Shown: in pieces, positions 47,001-54,566 of the stretch | Position numbering within the stretch: the stretch's first letter is position 1 | How the letters are laid out: every line of letters starts with the position of its first letter | DNA from: a virus | Direction: 5' to 3' (one strand) | Length of the DNA stretch: 64,000 bases | Virus record (IMG/VR): IMGVR_UViG_3300031162_001603 | Span: 253 to 64,252 of that record | Translations under genes and position numbers: made by a program | Notes under the pieces: generated by a model | Told to the model about the DNA's origin: nothing | Seen by the model: only the letters and a program-made list of their open reading frames with translations | Databases searched by the model: none

Positions 47001-48908
47001 GATGGAATTACAAAGCTACTAACAGCTTCGTTGGCACCCTTTCCAGAAACACAATACATTCCGATTGCTACAGTATTATTACAAAGTGCTTCAAGCGTTG
47101 CTTCAGATGGGCCATATAAAGTACATCAATGGTCTGACCACCTCTTAAAAGGAGGAGATAATGGTCACCTGTCTCATATAAACTATTGGATTAGGCTTCA
47201 GCAGGCAACATATGAAAGTGGAGTAGACCAGACACTTACTATAACACCAAGCGCTTCTACACTTGATGATGTAATATTCAATTCAACATCAGGAACCATT
47301 CTTCAATTGCATGAACACGCATTTCCAACATTCTCTGGAACACCAGATATGTATGTTGTAAACGATAGTGTAACACCATATAATAAAATTACAAACCTAA
47401 ATGAAATACTTACAGATTCACTTGGAAACTCTTTAGTGAATAGGAGATTTAGTGTTGTTATATGGGGAGCTGTGAATGAAGAATCTGGTGATTGTAAACT
47501 TTTTGTGAACTTACCATCTGGAGCATATGGGACAGATAATGGAGTGATAAGAGATGTAAATGGTTACGCTAACTTTTCTATTCCAAATGAATTTGTTGGA
47601 GTTGGGTTTATGATTTCTGAATATGATTTAAGACATCGCTCAGAAAGCGGAGGTACGTGGTCGTTGATTAAAGAAACGGACCTTAGAGGAGTGTTTCCAA
47701 TTAAGGGAGCTATAACTGGAAGCACGGTTAATGGTGAGTTTAGAGATAACTATGCGGTTATTGCTGCAATAGAAGATTTTCCAGAGGCTGTTAATGATGT
47801 AATTACCTTAGAGGATAATTATATATATGAAATTGTAGGTAATATAAATCTTGGAAATTCCAGGATTGAATTGGGAGATAAATCAAAGTTAGAAGGAAAA
47901 CTTAGAACAAATGATGGGATTATATACACAGGGACTAGCGCTGCGATTATATCAAATGGCGCTGACTTTAGTTTGAATACCATTTTTGTATCAGCCCCAC
48001 TTGGAACAGTGTTTGAATTTTCTGCCACAACTGGAAGTGAACAAACTAATTTTATTGCAATTGAGAACTGTATATTTAATAATATTAATAGTCTAGGGGT
48101 TGTTGAAAACGTAAGGCTTTTTGGGTTTGAAAATAATATAATAGAAAACGCAGCTAATGGATTAGCGTTTAACGGTTCACAAAACGGAACCTTCCTTATG
48201 TATGATAATATCATTCCATCTATGAGTGGGACATCTGTTCAGTTTAATAGTTCTGGATGGGATAATGTCACAATAGATAGAAACATAATTACTGTTATGT
48301 CTGGGCAAACAGGTATTTCTGGTTTAACTGCAAACGGAAACCTTAAAACAACAGGTAGGGGTCGTGTGACATCTAATGGGTTTATTGGAGGTGGAGCTTA
48401 CATCGAAGGGATAAATACAGGGGGAACAAGGTGGCAATTCCTTGGGAATGACGGAATTCCAGATGATACAGATGCAAACTCAAACATTGAGGTGTATATT
48501 ACTGATAATACATCAGCAACAACAATTACGACAATTGACACACCAACTCAAGTTACTTCTTTAAATTGGAATGTAGACTTTTTCTCAAGATTTACATACA
48601 CTGGGGGAACAGTTACTTATGCTGGAGCGGATGATACAAGAATATCTATGGATGCTACTGTGTATTTTACCTCAACAAACAATCAAGACCTTAATTACTA
48701 CTTTTCTATAGATTCTGGGGCTGGTTTTCAAGTACTAACATCAACAAAAGCTCCGTCAAGAACTCAAGGTGCTGATTCGACAACATTCGCAAATCCAAAA
48801 GGATTGCTAGATGTGTCTTTTGGAGATAAAATTGCTTTATTTGTTGAAAACACAACATCATCTAGTGACATTAAAGTAACAGATATGAACTGGACAATTA
48901 ATACATAA
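44094..48908 (+). CDS. Large tail fibre/appendage protein (1604 aa)
   Basis: Mtd_N-like start (RLITKRTTVPGKIP...GELASNLSDKKLW); shares VDSPxFN modules with 39009; beta-helix-like C-terminal region. Confidence 0.75.
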   Translation: MADNRSARLITKRTTVPGKIPSGTTGNETNLIQSGELASNLSDKKLWGYNGTNVFEYGSNSFLGLTGGTITGNTRVIGSFSADTLYSGSTDVETIIRNLISTDTYTFVQPGSNIITGGTTQLPVISTVDSPFFNNITISGDTSLQGTTATTISATTIAVGDYVDFYSGTTGSTDPTPLAGRVYYDNSENALSYYPNTPNMDVTINLGQEGVVLAHNGTGSIITNGSACHINGVNGDGHPTVQLAIASGVTVVTDTKFQVTGIATHDIAPGDDGFITTYGIVRDLNITGVTPGSDIFLSDTIAGEFNYDLNSISGSSRVSRLGHVISTGTTTASILVEIENEAALTLLSAKQAEILTQNNASTGVIQGGVLTTATTTTFNVTSGKGYIANNIDQFNPILSEVNWDAFTGVTSTYVSDTGETFSYIYVDINGGLVQIPGSTLVTSQQKRGQILLGGLLHVSGQLLQAWERPVPLTNPINQLEDLSSSIGSFSVTGNRISKITGTLSLQKSLGTSFYLGGNYDINSQNPNIITEPILSADTFMYAAGTGLIGLNGTTIDIDNYDPNGFGIVTALTSNNYTAHRIWHQPSENLLIFQYGQNEYTSLASAKADFSTFDYIAPDFLLKEAYILAVIISRSGEPDLDNPLRSIIVPQAKFAGTGGGGTTPDTLQTAYGNSTSPEITTDSLRGPVDFRTGVLEESQVVTFQSTGGTVNAFVQGDGNSSFKSLSATTFYSGSTNLYDIFVDSVSGGTNVNVSGTDGNPTISVVDSPSFNNVLFSGTATGGDIIANSVSATTISGSTIYSGGTDLSNIFQTIHDIDHTQVQPGVNTYTGGTIKFPTINVVDSPSFNNIEFSGTATGGDIIANSVSATTIYINGTSVDNISHTGLTEIGLRTHPELDDVWSTIVGSIVENPKINIVESGGTVSLELEQDGGGDLTLNLTGGSYVFDSTPAVSIALTSGTDTVPVLNYIYIDGITKLLTASLAPFPETQYIPIATVLLQSASSVASDGPYKVHQWSDHLLKGGDNGHLSHINYWIRLQQATYESGVDQTLTITPSASTLDDVIFNSTSGTILQLHEHAFPTFSGTPDMYVVNDSVTPYNKITNLNEILTDSLGNSLVNRRFSVVIWGAVNEESGDCKLFVNLPSGAYGTDNGVIRDVNGYANFSIPNEFVGVGFMISEYDLRHRSESGGTWSLIKETDLRGVFPIKGAITGSTVNGEFRDNYAVIAAIEDFPEAVNDVITLEDNYIYEIVGNINLGNSRIELGDKSKLEGKLRTNDGIIYTGTSAAIISNGADFSLNTIFVSAPLGTVFEFSATTGSEQTNFIAIENCIFNNINSLGVVENVRLFGFENNIIENAANGLAFNGSQNGTFLMYDNIIPSMSGTSVQFNSSGWDNVTIDRNIITVMSGQTGISGLTANGNLKTTGRGRVTSNGFIGGGAYIEGINTGGTRWQFLGNDGIPDDTDANSNIEVYITDNTSATTITTIDTPTQVTSLNWNVDFFSRFTYTGGTVTYAGADDTRISMDATVYFTSTNNQDLNYYFSIDSGAGFQVLTSTKAPSRTQGADSTTFANPKGLLDVSFGDKIALFVENTTSSSDIKVTDMNWTINT
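46413..46699 (+). repeat. Identical 59-nt direct repeat (46413-46471 and 46641-46699)
   Basis: ttctcaggaacagcaactggtggagacattattgcaaactctgtttctgcaacaacaat occurs twice. Confidence 0.9.
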
Positions 48909-48909
48909 T

Positions 48910-49743
48910 ATGAAGATAGCAAGATTAGATACATTAGCCAGGCAAGATGATATATTTTTTGGAGGAGAGCCAGATACTCGCTACAAGAAAAGGCAATTAA
49001 TAGTTGTTGAAGATGATTATGATTTTGGCGCAAACAATGCAACTGATGTTACCAATATTGATAACCTTAAGTTTGCTCATTCATCAAGTAAAATAAACTA
49101 CATTGAGTATAGAGATGCTTTAGTGTTATATGCTACAACGGTAACATTTTCAAATCTAACTACAGAGGAAAAAGAAGAGCTTTGTATAAATTTTGCTGTA
49201 GATAAAACATATAGGGATTCTATATTTTCTGGAGAAGAGCAGAAGAAATATGCAAAAGAAATGCAAAAACTTGTAGATAAAGCTAATGAGCAAGTTACTT
49301 TTGATAGCAATTCTTTGGGTATTTCAGATGAAACAGGTGTCCCAGATACAACAACTATAAATTTAAGCAATGCTTATGGTTCTTATGTTGCAGAGACTTC
49401 ATCTGAAGGAGAGACATCAACAAGTTCAAAAAATTCATATTCAACAAAAATCACATTAACTACTTCTAATATTACATCTGGAAAATATAGAATAGGATGG
49501 TACTATGAAACAAATGGCGCAACTAATAAGAGTCATCTAAGTACAGTGGTTCTTAATTCATCTTCTTCTTTATCTGATAATAATATAGAATATAAAGATA
49601 GTAATAGCTGGGAGCCTCATGGAGGTTTTAAGTATGAGGTTTTGGAAAAAGGGGTTCACACGGTTGATATTCAATTTAAACCATCTTCAAATATTACAGT
49701 TAAAATAAGAAGAGCAAGGATTGAAATACTAAAAATAACTTAA
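48910..49743 (+). CDS. Hypothetical fibre-associated protein
   Basis: Directly after the fibre gene; jelly-roll-like C-terminus; N-terminal domain shared with 49756. Confidence 0.6.
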   Translation: MKIARLDTLARQDDIFFGGEPDTRYKKRQLIVVEDDYDFGANNATDVTNIDNLKFAHSSSKINYIEYRDALVLYATTVTFSNLTTEEKEELCINFAVDKTYRDSIFSGEEQKKYAKEMQKLVDKANEQVTFDSNSLGISDETGVPDTTTINLSNAYGSYVAETSSEGETSTSSKNSYSTKITLTTSNITSGKYRIGWYYETNGATNKSHLSTVVLNSSSSLSDNNIEYKDSNSWEPHGGFKYEVLEKGVHTVDIQFKPSSNITVKIRRARIEILKIT

Positions 49744-49755
49744 TATTTATATATA

Positions 49756-50796
49756 ATGAACATATTTGCATATAATATTAGCGGCCAAACATTAGGGGTT
49801 GACCTTGTATCTTGGAATGATAGTGAATTGGGTGAAAACAGTCCTTTTATGACTTCCGCATCAACAACTCTTGATGGATACTCTAACATAACCTCAATAG
49901 AAAATTGGGATGAATTTGGTGATTCTGCTGGTTATAGACATTGTAAGACAAGAAAAGAAATAAAAGAAATTTATGACACTCAGACTGGAACAACTTGGAG
50001 TGCATATACTTTGAGTGACCAAAAAATTCTTTCTAAATACTTTATTGTAGATAAAGATAAAAGAGATGAGGTCTACACAGATGAAGAACAAGAAGGGTAT
50101 AATCACTATAAGCTTTATGATTTCTTGAGTGATGACATTTTTGAATCTATAGGAAGTATAAACCAAAAGAAAGCGCCAAAGTCAATCGACTATAAAAAAG
50201 ATTTGAGTCAAAGATTGCATCCAGACTTCAAGTTTGATAATTTTGGGCTCTTAACTGGTTGTACATATTATGAGAATTTAACGGTATCTTATGATTCATA
50301 TGGGTTTACGGTATTTACTTATGACAATCCAATCCTTAATTATGTTGCAGATTATACTTTTGCAGATAATGGGTATGTTACTACGAGAACTATAACCAGA
50401 AAATGGTACAAAATGGATGACACTCTATCTGATGATAGTAAAGTATCACTTAAGGTATATCCTCCAATGGTTGCAAGAGATGAGGCAAGGAGGAGGAGAA
50501 AGAATTTAATTAATGACCTGCTTGTTAAGACAGTTGGTTTGATTATTATGACATCTGTAGATTTAACTAATATTAATGATGCAGAAGCTGATGCTATTCC
50601 CTTCTTGAAGGACATTAGTTCATCTATATCTGCTTATTATGAGTATGGAACTAAACAGGATTCTAATGGAAATCTCTGCGAACTAATACAAGACATATCA
50701 ACACACACATATTCAAGATTAGATAATTTTGTTCCAGGAACAAGCGATACAGTTACGATAAGAATGTTTATTATTAGCTCTCTCGACCCTCAATAA
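49756..50796 (+). CDS. Hypothetical virion-associated protein
   Basis: Late motif at 49744; FIVDKDKRDEVYTDEEQ block shared with 48910. Confidence 0.6.
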   Translation: MNIFAYNISGQTLGVDLVSWNDSELGENSPFMTSASTTLDGYSNITSIENWDEFGDSAGYRHCKTRKEIKEIYDTQTGTTWSAYTLSDQKILSKYFIVDKDKRDEVYTDEEQEGYNHYKLYDFLSDDIFESIGSINQKKAPKSIDYKKDLSQRLHPDFKFDNFGLLTGCTYYENLTVSYDSYGFTVFTYDNPILNYVADYTFADNGYVTTRTITRKWYKMDDTLSDDSKVSLKVYPPMVARDEARRRRKNLINDLLVKTVGLIIMTSVDLTNINDAEADAIPFLKDISSSISAYYEYGTKQDSNGNLCELIQDISTHTYSRLDNFVPGTSDTVTIRMFIISSLDPQ

Positions 50797-50824
50797 ATTT
50801 AATTATATTTATAAACAAAAAACT

Positions 50825-51364
50825 ATGAACACATTACTTATATTATTGGCAATTTTTACTGTACTTGGCTTAATTGTATCTAAAGAATTTAGAAATGGAT
50901 TAATTACTATATTAGGTTCAGCCTTGGTATTTACACCAGTTATTATTATTGGAATATTATATAGTATTCCTTATTCTTTGTATATGCCATTTAAAGAAAA
51001 AGATTGGAAAGTTTTTTTTAAAATTTGGTGGAGACTTATTGATGGTACTTACGCTTTTTTAGGAGATGTAATGTACCAAGGATTCTCAGTAAGGTATGAT
51101 GAATTAGGTAATGTTTGGGGAGAGTGGCTTGAAGATGTGGTAGCAGTGAGAGAGAAAACAAGTTTTGGAGATAAGAGAACAACAATATCAGCATCAATAG
51201 GTTTTTTAGAGTACTATAAGATATTTATGTATAAGAGAGGTCATAGTTTAAGTAAAGTTTTAAATTGGGCATTTAGACAAGAAAGGCATGCAATCGGTTC
51301 TTGGGAAACTAAGTTAGCATTAAAAGAATTAAAAGATAAAAACTTAAGTGGAAATATAAAATAA
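50825..51364 (+). CDS. Membrane protein of unknown function
   Basis: Two N-terminal hydrophobic segments; DELGNV..TISASIG block. Confidence 0.6.
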   Translation: MNTLLILLAIFTVLGLIVSKEFRNGLITILGSALVFTPVIIIGILYSIPYSLYMPFKEKDWKVFFKIWWRLIDGTYAFLGDVMYQGFSVRYDELGNVWGEWLEDVVAVREKTSFGDKRTTISASIGFLEYYKIFMYKRGHSLSKVLNWAFRQERHAIGSWETKLALKELKDKNLSGNIK

Positions 51365-51422
51365 AAATCAAATATTGATTTTGTCAAAAAAAGGAGCTAT
51401 ATTTTGTATAACTCCTTTTTTT

Positions 51423-52388
51423 ATGTCAGAAGATAATAGTGTACCAAGCAAGCTCAAAAATAAACCCTTCAAAGGTAAGAAGAGTTTGTGTATTTCAGGC
51501 GGAGGAGCAAAAGGCGCTTGGGCTGGAGGAGTTATTCAACATCTTGTAGAAGACCAAGGAAAAGATTATGACTTATATGTAGGAACATCTACTGGAAGTC
51601 TTTTAGCTCCTCTCACGTCTATTCGTGAACTTAATCTTTTAAAAGAGGGTTATACAAATATTACATCTGATGATATTTTTTCTGTAAATCCATTTGATAG
51701 TGAAGGAAATGTTAAAACATGGAATGCACTTAAAAGAGTGGTTACTCTTAAGAAAACTCTTGGAGAAACGCATAATCTTAGAAATTTAATAAAAGAGTAT
51801 TTTAAAGAAAAGCATTTTGATAGACTGTATAGGTCAGATAAAGAAGTTATTGCAGTGGTTTCAAATTTAACAGATAAAAGGCCAGAGTTTAAATCATCAA
51901 ATGACAATAAATATGAGGACTTCATTGATTGGCTTTGGGCATCTTGCAATGCGCCTATTGTTACAAGTATTGTTGAGAAAGATGGAAATCAATATGCAGA
52001 TGGAGCTATATATGAGCACATTCCAATTCAAGTGGCTATAGAAAATGGTGCCACTGAGATTGATGTTATTGTTCTTAGCCCAGAAGGTTTTGGGGTTGTT
52101 AAGAGAGGGAGGATTGAAAATTTACTTCAACATTTCTTCAGGCTTATGGATATAATGCAAAGAAAAACTGCTAAAGATAATATAGATTTAGGTAAGTTAA
52201 ACTCACATGGGAGAGAAATTTCAATTAACATATATTATACTCCATATAGTCTTACAGATAATTCTCTTGTGTTTAAAAAAGAGCAGATGTTAAAGTGGTG
52301 GGAAGAAGGTTATATCAATGCAAAGTCTGGAAATGTAAAAAAATATAAGATTACAAGGTCAAATGTTTTCAAAAAAGTGGAAGAATAA
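51423..52388 (+). CDS. Patatin-like phospholipase
   Basis: SGGGAKG oxyanion motif, GTSTG nucleophile, ADGA; start moved to ATG 51423. Confidence 0.9.
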   Translation: MSEDNSVPSKLKNKPFKGKKSLCISGGGAKGAWAGGVIQHLVEDQGKDYDLYVGTSTGSLLAPLTSIRELNLLKEGYTNITSDDIFSVNPFDSEGNVKTWNALKRVVTLKKTLGETHNLRNLIKEYFKEKHFDRLYRSDKEVIAVVSNLTDKRPEFKSSNDNKYEDFIDWLWASCNAPIVTSIVEKDGNQYADGAIYEHIPIQVAIENGATEIDVIVLSPEGFGVVKRGRIENLLQHFFRLMDIMQRKTAKDNIDLGKLNSHGREISINIYYTPYSLTDNSLVFKKEQMLKWWEEGYINAKSGNVKKYKITRSNVFKKVEE

Positions 52389-52420
52389 TCTTTTAAAGCT
52401 ATTTATTAAAAAGCTTAGAG

Positions 52421-52729
52421 ATGAATATTACAACTGGAGTAACCGTATACGAACAAATTATTTCTGTAAATGAAGATAATAACCCTGTTACTGGGGTCAC
52501 TTTCGACACTGTAATGTATAGAGATGGTATTGATTATACTGGAATAACCGTCAGTACTTCTTTATCAGACGCTTCAAGAGGCGTATATACGGCTGAATGG
52601 TCTGCTTCTACTGTAGGAGATTATCAACTTTATGCAAAAAATAATATTACTTCTGTAATATTTATATCAGACAATGTAGCTGTTAAGTCTGATGAAGAAC
52701 TATCAACAAACGTATATATAGGACTTTAA
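52421..52729 (+). CDS. Small Ig-like virion protein
   Basis: NNPVTGVTF, GVYTAEWS..VGDYQL; late motif at 52400. Confidence 0.6.
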   Translation: MNITTGVTVYEQIISVNEDNNPVTGVTFDTVMYRDGIDYTGITVSTSLSDASRGVYTAEWSASTVGDYQLYAKNNITSVIFISDNVAVKSDEELSTNVYIGL

Positions 52730-52775
52730 ATGTCGGAAATGTCTTTTTACCCCTATTTATTATAAATAATTAGGA

Positions 52776-54515
52776 ATGATAGATAAAAAAATGCTTGAGT
52801 ACGCTAAGTGTGCTAAAGACCCTGTGTATTATATGAACACTTATGGTTTTGTATTTGATGCGAGTAAGAAGACGGTAGCGCAAATGACATGTTTTGAGTA
52901 TCAAAATAATTGTTTAAGAAATTTCCACGAACATCAAAATAATATAATTCTTAAATCAAGACAAACTGGTCTTTCTGTTATTACGGCTGGATATGTTGCT
53001 TGGAGGCTTATGTTTAGGTATGATGAGAAGATTCTTATTATTGCCAATGACGGAGCTGGAGCTATGAGATTCCTTGAAACTGTTAAACAGTTTATAGAGC
53101 ATACTCCAATTTGGCTTAAGCCAGATGCAATTGAATCCGATAACACAAAGAAAATATCTTTCTCTAACAACTCGTATGCAGAAGCTAAGGCATCGAGTCC
53201 AAATGCTGGTCGTGGAGATTCTCTTACAATGCTTGTTCTTGATGAAACAGCCTTTATTAAAGATGATGAGGCGATTTGGATGGGAGCTGGTATGGCGCTT
53301 TCTGCTACTGGCGGTAAATGTATAATGATTTCCACCCCTAATGGTACAGGTAATCTTTACTATAAGACTTGGGTGGACGCTGTTGCAAATGATAACGATT
53401 TCCATGGAGAAACAGTTCACTGGAAAGAAAACCCAAATAGTGCCGTAGGTCTTGAGATGAAAGTGGGCCCTTCTGGAGAAGAGTTGCCTTGGAGTCCATG
53501 GTATGAATCTCAATGTAAGAGATTGAATTGGGATTCAGTTAAAATAGCTCAAGAGCTTGACCTTTCATTCGAAGGCTCTAAGAGGCTTGCGATTGACCCT
53601 CAGTTGGTATCCAAATATCACGCAAGAGTTCAAGGAGACCATAAGGCTGAAGGATATATTAGGTTTAACTATCTTGAAAAAGAAAATTTAGAAAAATTTG
53701 CAGAATTTATACAAGATGTTGCAAATATGACAATATATAAAAAACCTGAAGAGGGAAAACAGTATATAGTTGGAGGAGATGTTGCCAGAGGTGATGGGAA
53801 GGATTTCTCCACACTTCAGATTATTGATGTAGATACACTTGAGCAAGTGGCTGAGTTTAGGGAAAAGATTTCTCCAGACCTATTTCCTTTTGTAATAAAT
53901 TACATAGCAAAAATGTATAATATGGCCTATATCGTAATTGAGGCAAATTCATTCGGTCTTGGCGTTTGTTTTGACATTAGAGATAAATTCAATTGGCCAA
54001 AAAATAGACAATTCTACTCAAAGAATATAAAAGATATTCACGTTAGACATCATAACTATAAGATAAGTGAAGGCACAGAAATACCAGGTTTTCAGACTTC
54101 AAGGAAAAACAGAGTCCTTCTTGTAAAAGCAATAATAGAGCATATGAGGGAAAATGCTCTTATTCTCCACTCAAAGAGGCTTATGTCTGAATTTCAAACA
54201 TTTGTAATGAACGGAGACAAGCCAGAGCACGAGCCAGGGTTTAATGATGATTTAATTTTAGCTCTTGGTATCGCTCTTTATATTAGAGATACGGAATTTG
54301 AAAATGTCACATCTTCAAATGAAATGCAAAAAAGTATACTTCAAGCAATGATGCTTAGCACTAACTCAAGCGTAGGTAGTTCGCAGGCCTCAGGAAAAAA
54401 AACAGACACATCAAAAAGCGGTGGTGGTGGATTATACATATTTAACGGTGAAGGTAATCAATCTTTTGATGGAGATATATCAGATGAAGACGATACAAGT
54501 TGGTTAATGGGATAA
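52776..54515 (+). CDS. Terminase large subunit (gp17-like)
   Basis: KSRQTGLS Walker A, LVLDETAF Walker B, ISTPNG, VGGDVARGDGKDFST, IEANSFG, FNDDLILAL. Confidence 0.96.
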   Translation: MIDKKMLEYAKCAKDPVYYMNTYGFVFDASKKTVAQMTCFEYQNNCLRNFHEHQNNIILKSRQTGLSVITAGYVAWRLMFRYDEKILIIANDGAGAMRFLETVKQFIEHTPIWLKPDAIESDNTKKISFSNNSYAEAKASSPNAGRGDSLTMLVLDETAFIKDDEAIWMGAGMALSATGGKCIMISTPNGTGNLYYKTWVDAVANDNDFHGETVHWKENPNSAVGLEMKVGPSGEELPWSPWYESQCKRLNWDSVKIAQELDLSFEGSKRLAIDPQLVSKYHARVQGDHKAEGYIRFNYLEKENLEKFAEFIQDVANMTIYKKPEEGKQYIVGGDVARGDGKDFSTLQIIDVDTLEQVAEFREKISPDLFPFVINYIAKMYNMAYIVIEANSFGLGVCFDIRDKFNWPKNRQFYSKNIKDIHVRHHNYKISEGTEIPGFQTSRKNRVLLVKAIIEHMRENALILHSKRLMSEFQTFVMNGDKPEHEPGFNDDLILALGIALYIRDTEFENVTSSNEMQKSILQAMMLSTNSSVGSSQASGKKTDTSKSGGGGLYIFNGEGNQSFDGDISDEDDTSWLMG

Positions 54516-54566
54516 ATATTTGTTTTTAACAGATTAAATAATTATATTTTATAAAATAAAACATAG

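Noticed and set aside
38485-48908. Diversity-generating retroelement acting on the fibre genes
   Set aside because: No reverse transcriptase in the window; the repeats are in-frame coding modules without adenine-specific mismatches
52934-53513. Two overlapping antisense ORFs (133 and 185 aa) within the terminase
   Set aside because: No recognisable motifs; expected by-products of a long stop-poor coding frame
52776-54515. Intein or intron in the terminase
   Set aside because: Motif spacing is normal for gp17 and there is no C...HN block
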